This document shows positions 57,399 through 64,000 of a stretch of DNA of 64,000 nt, piece by piece. This DNA comes from Ostreococcus lucimarinus (lineage: Eukaryota), in assembly GCA_000092065.1 (NCBI GenBank), contig CP000592.1. One strand, 5' to 3'. Below the pieces are notes generated by a model, which was not told the origin of the DNA, searched no databases, and was given only the letters and a program-made list of their open reading frames with translations. A program made the translations under genes and the position numbers. Within the stretch, counting starts at the first letter, position 1. Each line of letters begins with the position of its first letter.

Positions 57399-60300
57399 AT
57401 GGATGACATCGCTGCCCTGCACGACGCCTTGCGAAGCGATGGGCTTCGAAAGCGGCGGGTGCGTCTCGAACGACCGCGATTGACCGTACGCGTCGGTAGT
57501 GACGCGCGCGGACGCGTGAACGTGCGGTCACCGATGCGAAAGATGACTGACGGCGCGCGCGCGTAATCCCAACAGGATGGCATCAAGACGCTGTTGCTTC
57601 ATCTGCAGTCGAGCGATTTCGTGAAACAGCTCGACTCAGGCACGAGAGCGTATGATTCCACGGGAAGCGGTGACGTGCAGCGCACGTGGGCGGGATTGAT
57701 TAGCTCGGTGATGGTGTGCGTGACAAGCGAGTTAGAGGACGAGAAGCGCGTGGTTGACAAGAACGCGACGTCTTTGTTGAGAAAATTGGTGACGGCTGCG
57801 GAAGGAAGAAAAAAGACGAATGGGCTTTCGGCGCCGTTAATTCGGCGCGCGGGCAAGATATTTACGCACGTGCTTTACGTCTTACAAACGGGAGATGTGA
57901 ATTTTGTCGTCGATTACGTGCATGTGTTGCGCACCAATTTGCTCGTCGCGCCAGAGTATTGCTCGCGGGCGAAGCAAAGCGTCTTCGAGGGATTGATTGA
58001 ATATTTTGCCTCTAATCTTGCGTCGTATCGCGGTGAAGTGATTAACGGTGAAAAGAAGGAGGAGCGGTACCGTGGCGCGGCGGCATTTAATTTGTTGTTG
58101 CGCAACTGTCCATTTGATTTGTCAACGAATGCGGTAAACGGTTTGTTTGAGGTGTTCAAAGAAATATTTCGAGATATGCACGAGGATGGACGCACACCCG
58201 CTATGCTCGTTTCTGCGATGAATAGCTTTCTTCTGAAGACGAGCTTGGACGTGAGTTCGCGCATGACTTCGCTTCACGAGAGTGTCGTGCCGTATCTCTC
58301 GTGGGCGCTTAAGGGAAACGCACGTGACAAGCGCTTGAAAGAGGAATTGATTAAGTACTGCCACTTGCACGTCAATTTAGATGTAGTGAGTGATGGTGGC
58401 GCTGAATTTCTCGTCGAGTTGCTCGCGAGGCAGATCGATGAGATTGGTTCGGACAGATCCGTAGGCGGCGACAACGCCGAAAGATTTGAAGTGAAATTGC
58501 CGCAAAAGTTGTTGTTTGAGCTCTTCGCAGACTTGGTCATGGTTTTGAAGCAACAGAAATCCTTTGCGGGAGTGTGTTTGTACGATGGTGAGCGAACGCC
58601 GAAGCGCGCACGAGGGAACGAAAAACCTGTGGAACGCATACTATCAAAGATTTTGAACGACAGTGGTTGCTGGAGCGCCGTGTTTTGCTTGCTTTTGAAA
58701 CGGCACAGCGCCGCGTTAACGAAGGAAGAGTTAGCTAGTTGCGCGAAACGACTGTTGCACGCACTGAGCGAAATGTTTTCTCAAGGAAGCATGTCAGATA
58801 TGAAAGCCCTGGCTCACGCAATCTGGTTGATTCGATGCTTGCAGGAAATCGCTGGCACGATGCACAACGAAACGCTACCATTGTGGACGGATGTGACGAA
58901 TTGTCTCGTCTACTGGCTTCCAGCGCACCTATCTGACGTTCGCTTAACGAACGACGTGCTTTTACTTTTTGCGGCGATGATCAGTCACAGACTCGTACAC
59001 CCGTCGTTATTGAGACAGAAATTCTGGTTGCTCACCATCTTTGATTTTGCTGACATTCCAAGTTTGGCTACGCTGGAGCTCGTGGGTGCGGTGGCGTCCA
59101 TCGGGCTTTGTGATCACGTCTTGGCGGGTCGCTCTTATGACAGTTACTTTAAGTGGCTAATTCGTGGACTGTCGCAGAAGAATGACGATCGAATGTCATT
59201 CTACGGGCGTCGCGCAAATGTGACGTCTTCGTACGATTTAGCGCTGTTGCGTGTGCAATCGGCGATTCAGAATTCATTCATCGCTGGCTCTCACAAGCCT
59301 TGGGTAGACGATGTCACGCGCCGCGCGTGGCTAGAAGTGCCCGATGAAGAGCATTTAGAGTTTTTGCGAGGCGTGGAAGATCTTCACTTAGTTGCGAAAC
59401 CTTTCGCCACACTCAAGCTTGAGTTTAGAGACGCGGCAGAGCGCAAAGAGGACGATGGCGCGAAGCGAATCAATACGAAGGAACTAAGCATGGACCCGGA
59501 AGTTCATCGTGTAGGTACCGATTGTTTGGAGCACGCGATGACGAACGCGTCGACATCTGAAGACGCGATGCGACTATGCACGATAGCTTTAGGTATTATA
59601 GGAGCCGTGGCGTCGGTCGGTCGATCGTCACGGTCTGTGCAGAGTCTAGATTGGGGCGTGAGCGGGTCGCTCATCAGAACGGTCAAACACACCATATCTA
59701 CTGCGTTAGAGTATGACACGATGGTGATGCTGAACGCGAAGACGAGTGTGCTCGAAACCATCCCAATCTTGGCGGGCGCTCTTGAGCAAATTCAACAAGC
59801 AGCCGGTTTGGGAGCAAGTTTGGAAGCAACCTCTCACAAACTCGTCAAAGTATTGACTGAAATGACCAAAGACTTTTTGAAAATCATCAGAGATGCACTG
59901 CAAGGCAACGGAAGCGTGCCAGCTAGTGCTCGGCAGTCGCAAGAAGCCGTTCAGTTTGGTGACGATTTGGACTTTGAGATGGCCGACGCCACCTTGTCAG
60001 AGACGCAGCGCTCAAATACATCTCAGATGGCGACAACATCGGGGTCCAATGAACGAGAAACGACGATTGCCTGTGGCGAACAAGTCATAAGGAAAATTCT
60101 GAGATGCTTTAAGTCGATGTCCGTGGTGGTTCCAAGCACGGTGACAACATCTACATCGATGTTGCTCCGATACGCCGTTCCTCCAGAAGGTGCGCCACCT
60201 CGTGGACCCTGCGGTATTGGTGTTTCTCAAGACATCGCCGAGTTAGTCGTAGATTTTGTCGGATTAGCCGACACGGAGTATCTGATTGATCACCTCGTTC

Positions 60301-63300
60301 CTTGTCTTCAGGCGGTGGCGAGAGGGCAAGTAAATTTGGATGAGAACACGGGCCTCACTTCTTCTGCTCGTTTATGGTTACTGCATCAGATCACAGTCTT
60401 GTGTCACGGAATATGCAGGCTTAAGTTGAACGCTTCAAATTATCCGTCTACGACTCAGGGCACGATGCCCAGTAACATACACGAGGTATTGGCTGACTTG
60501 GTGTCACGAGCCGCCGGTATTTTGGACGGTGAAGCTCCAGCAGCGTTGAGAAATTGTGTTGCTCGCGCAAAATTAGCTGACTGCATTTTTTCGTTGTTCA
60601 AGCTGAATATAGACTACTTCCAGCCTAGATTTGGTAGTTCGTTAGCTTGGCTTTTAGGGGATGAAAGTTATTTGGTGCGCATACATGCTGGCTCTGCAAT
60701 TGCGTCCATACTAGATTTCTACGAAGAAGCGGACCACACGAGTATATTTCAAAATACCGTCGTTCCTGGATTGGCCATCAAGTGTCAGTTTCTCCCGAAT
60801 GGCAGCTTGAATATTGGCGATGGTGAAATTGCAGAAACCGAAGCTGAGTGGTCTAGCTTGCATTTCATTTCCGCCGTTGGTGTTGTTTCTCGAGTGTTGG
60901 AACCGTGGTGCACGTACATAATCGTTCATCATCGAGCGCGTCATGGTGAACGTGTGCAGATACCTGCGATAAACGCGTTAAAATATCTAGCAGAAGCAAC
61001 TGGCCACACATCTCTGGAATCTTTCGTTGCCTATCACAGCCGAACTATCGGGAAACTTTGGATAGACTCTGGCGCACCTTTGTCGATGTTGTTTCAAGTG
61101 CCAGAGTTCCTCGGCTTGTCTCAATCTGCTGAGCGAGAGTCCGTCGCGATTCATCTCAAAAGATCTTTGCTCCCAGCGTTGATATATGAGCAAGACCGTG
61201 ATGGATTGAAAACTTTGACGTCGACTTGCGGAATGGCACACAAGTTCAAGCAAATGATTCAAGGAGATTGGGACGCCATTTATGCGCGTTTGTACGCGTC
61301 GGCGGTAAAGTCTAATCCCGATCGCAAAGCTATTCAAGCACTCACGTACGCGAATTCCATGGTGAAAAACAATGGTGGATGGAACTCCAAACATCCTTCG
61401 GTGCAGATTCAGATTTTATTCGAACTCTTGCTCTTGGCAAGGGATCCTGTTTCGCCTCCCTACAGTCGATCCAGCGATATTGTGGAAGTCGTCGGTAAGT
61501 TTATGGATGAAAAGGACTTGAATATTCGTTGGGATGTTAACATCATATTTCAATGCATGTTGCGTATCCACGAGGCGGTTGATATGGCTACGTCATCGAG
61601 ACATAAATTGAAGACTTTGAACGCGCTGAAAGTTTTGCTGCTGTGTATCGGCGACGAAAGGGTTCGAAGTCCGTCCATATTCCGTTACGTCTACTTCATG
61701 CTTATTCCAAATATCAACGATCATACGATCGGCACGCAGTGTATTCAAGTTTTGGTCAACCTAACTCTCAACGCCTACGACGACCTACGTCAAGCCGACG
61801 ACGCCGAAAGTGAACTTGCGTTAGCGATGGAAAGTTTCATCATGCCTCTCATGTTTGTGTTGTCTTCTGTCGTCGAGTCAAAGTCAAGTCCGAACGCTCA
61901 ACGCAATGAGGCTCTAAAGTTGTTGACCGCTATCGTCACCAATCCACCGATGCTCATTCATCACGCGCTATGTGTGCTACCGCCATTGCCAGATGTACCC
62001 ATGCTGAGCGAAGTCAGATCGATTCTCTCGGTCGCATTTGAGAAGCCAAGCTTTGATATACGTCTCATGTCGCTCGTCAAAAAGGCACCGACGTTGCCTA
62101 AAGCCTTGAGTAGAGTAGCGTTGAGAGCCGGCGGTCTCGAGGCTCTACAGCACAAAACAGAGCTCGCGCAAATGTACGGGCAGAACGAGTCATCTTCCAT
62201 TCCTGAAAACGTATGGAAATTTGCAGAGCTCGTCTCACCGCTTGGAGATACTGAACTCTTCGCGATCGCCGCTGAGCTGCTTTCTTTACTCGGTCCTCTG
62301 AGGCCGAACACGTTGGCGTTCATCACGCCAGAGATGAAACTTCCGATTGACTCGAAGCATATCAAAGTCGGACTCACCGAAGCGGGCACTTTCGTTTTCG
62401 ATGTTCTCAAGTACTTGAGCGGCCTTCTCTGCTCGCCGATGAGCTCGACTGTTCGCGCTGCAGCGACTACCATTCAATCGTTACTGATGGTAAAAAAAGC
62501 GGCTCTGGTCATGGACAAGATGTCTAAAATAGACAAGGCATATCTCTTGCCTTTTGAGCATCCTTCGTTGCGATTGGTGCCTGAATCTGTCAGCGCAACC
62601 AACAATGTCACGGACGCATACGCTCTCGATGATGAACGTCTTTGGACAGTCAATGAGAACGGTTCCGAGACGAAGTACGAAGAATGGATTTGTCGTCTCA
62701 GCCATAGGTTGATAAGCGAGTTCAAACCACATACGAAGAGTAAGAATGACCCTCAGTTTTCGTTGACGGTGTTCGAATTATTGGGTCCGCTGATGATTTC
62801 TGACGCCGTATTGGCAGAGTTGGTGTTCCCTCCTATTTTGTATGAGATCACTAGCGCGCGCGGTAATTTGTCGATTCCTGCGAATCGAGAGGTGCGCGAT
62901 CGCCTGAGTCGCGGGGTTTCAATTTGTCTAAGTCGCGCAAATTTGCCAGAAGGAAAAAAGGCGGCGAAGTTCATGTTGCGCGCTCTTGATTACTTGCGCG
63001 GTAAACGCATGCGGGCATTTAGGATGGTGGATGCGCTACCACAGGATGACTCAAAAGTTTCTGCCGTTCAGAGAAAGGTGCCTCGAGGCGTGGAGGCAAC
63101 TCAATGGGAAAAAGTGTACTGGCTGAATGTTGACTATCTCGTCGTCGCTCAAGCTGCCATTCGCTTGCAAGCTCCTCTCACGGCTACGCTTCTTGTGGAA
63201 CATTGGCTCGAAGATAAAACCGGCACGGTTTCGCTGAACGCGATGGACTCTCAAGGACAAACGTCCGACGCAGTGCCTCCATATCTCACGCTCCTGCTCG

Positions 63301-64000
63301 AAGCACAATCGAAACTTTCAGAACCCGATGGTTTGTACGGTCTATTACGCTCCAACTCGCTGGAATTACAATTGCATTTGAGTGAGCACGAAGGTCACTG
63401 GGATAGAGCGCTCGCCGGTTACGACTTGCTGCAGAGCGACGTCGAAAACAATATGAACGGTGGAATGGCGAGCTCACGCGTGCCCATGCTGAACGCATTA
63501 CGTCAGCTCGGTTGTTTGCATCTTCTTCGCGCATACTCCAAGGCACTTTCAGACGACGAATTGGCCGCTCCAGAGCTCAAGGATGTGCAATATGAAGCCG
63601 CATGGAGAGCGGGTCAATGGACGCTGCCGGCTGCGGTTACGCGCACGCAAAATTCGGGCGTTGTAGATTTCAATCAGAATCTTCATTCGTCGTTGCGAGC
63701 GCTCGAACGAGGTGATGTAGGCTGTGCGATATATGAGACCAATCGGTGTCGTGCGCAACTGCTGCAAAATGTCATAAGTGGTGCCGCAGAATCGGCTGAC
63801 GCGATGAATATAACGATCATGCGCATGCGCATGCTCGACGACGTCACCGATGCGGCGAAATTATGGCGTCACTTCATGGGTAACAACATCGACGCGATGC
63901 AAACTGCTACCAAAAGTTTGAGCGATTCCTGGCAGATGAGACACGTGAAAGATGGTCCGTTTAAGCTCATCGAACCATCACTCGCGCTGCAAGGCGTTCT
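57399..64000 (+). CDS. ATM: ATM (ataxia-telangiectasia mutated) kinase, N-terminal about 2100 codons; it continues past the window end. Predicted exon 1 is 57399..57485, then a 90-nt intron, then 57576..>64000.
   Basis: A single frame is open from 57567 to the window end, so it is not in the ORF track. The FAT-region reads QWEKVYWLNVDYLVVAQAAI, then EPDGLYGLL...HEGHWDRALAGYDL...ELKDVQYEAAWRAGQWT, which aligns to human EPDSLYGCGG...HEAMWGKALVTYDL...ELEELHYQAAWRNMQWD. A TAN-motif-like start MDDIAALHDALRSDGLRKRRVRLE lies in the same frame upstream of an in-frame TAA, and a GTACGC...ACAG intron removes that stop. Confidence 0.8.
57486..57575 (+). other. Predicted 5' intron of ATM (GT...AG, 90 nt, containing the in-frame TAA at 57564-57566)
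   Basis: Same-frame exons lie on either side, with a phase-0 donor after ...RPRLT and a phase-0 acceptor before DGIKTLLLHLQ. Confidence 0.45.

Noticed and set aside
1-64000. Prokaryotic interpretation (operons, RBS, alternative start codons as annotated in the track)
   Set aside because: The gene content is eukaryotic throughout (PIKKs, eIF3m, ATG16, COG1, Ebp2, ERO1). Frame-joining GT-AG introns are present. TTG/GTG starts in the track are artefacts of a bacterial translation table.
1-64000. tRNA, rRNA, snRNA and CRISPR search by eye
   Set aside because: No cloverleaf-compatible tRNA T-loop/acceptor pattern was seen in intergenic gaps, nor rDNA-like conserved blocks. The only direct repeats are 6-12-bp microsatellites or minisatellites without spacers, so they are not CRISPR-like.

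Overview
This window reads as GC-rich, gene-dense nuclear DNA from a eukaryote, probably a prasinophyte green alga (Mamiellophyceae: Micromonas or Ostreococcus type). It is not a prokaryotic or organellar segment. The lineage call rests on several observations together: most genes are long uninterrupted ORFs with only occasional short GT-AG introns; spacers between genes are 35-300 bp; TGTAA sits close after several stop codons (the green-algal polyadenylation signal); and the gene content includes an FTO homologue, a Rieske-less chlorophyllide a oxygenase half and several chloroplast or thylakoid-targeted proteins.

About 33 protein-coding genes are supported on both strands, including threonine dehydratase (5' part; its 3' end lies beyond the window start), a RAD51 paralogue, eIF3m, ATG16, a telobox Myb protein, an ABHD11-like hydrolase, BolA, FTO, EBP2, a DCC thiol-disulfide oxidoreductase, a flavin monooxygenase, COG1, an ApaG protein, SAL1 nucleotidase, a fatty acid desaturase, a CRTISO-like isomerase and Erv1/ALR.

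Three loci stand out:
- A single 1171-codon ORF fuses an ERO1 thiol oxidase, an Osm1-type soluble fumarate reductase and a cytochrome b5 domain. This is a candidate built-in, oxygen-independent electron sink for oxidative protein folding.
- An 11.5-kb DNA-PKcs gene (PRKDC homologue) is followed 260 bp downstream, on the same strand, by ATM, which runs off the 3' end of the window.
- A 3'-5' exonuclease has ankyrin repeats upstream of the nuclease domain and a RING-H2 finger at the C-terminus.

No tRNA, rRNA, CRISPR array or transposon was recognised. Because of the GC-skewed codon usage, many long ORFs antisense to real genes appear in the six-frame track and are rejected below. The ORF track marks TTG/GTG/CTG starts as M, so eukaryotic start coordinates were moved to the first true ATG where that could be checked. 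Intron boundaries and any coordinate not taken from the track carry about +/-2 bp uncertainty.
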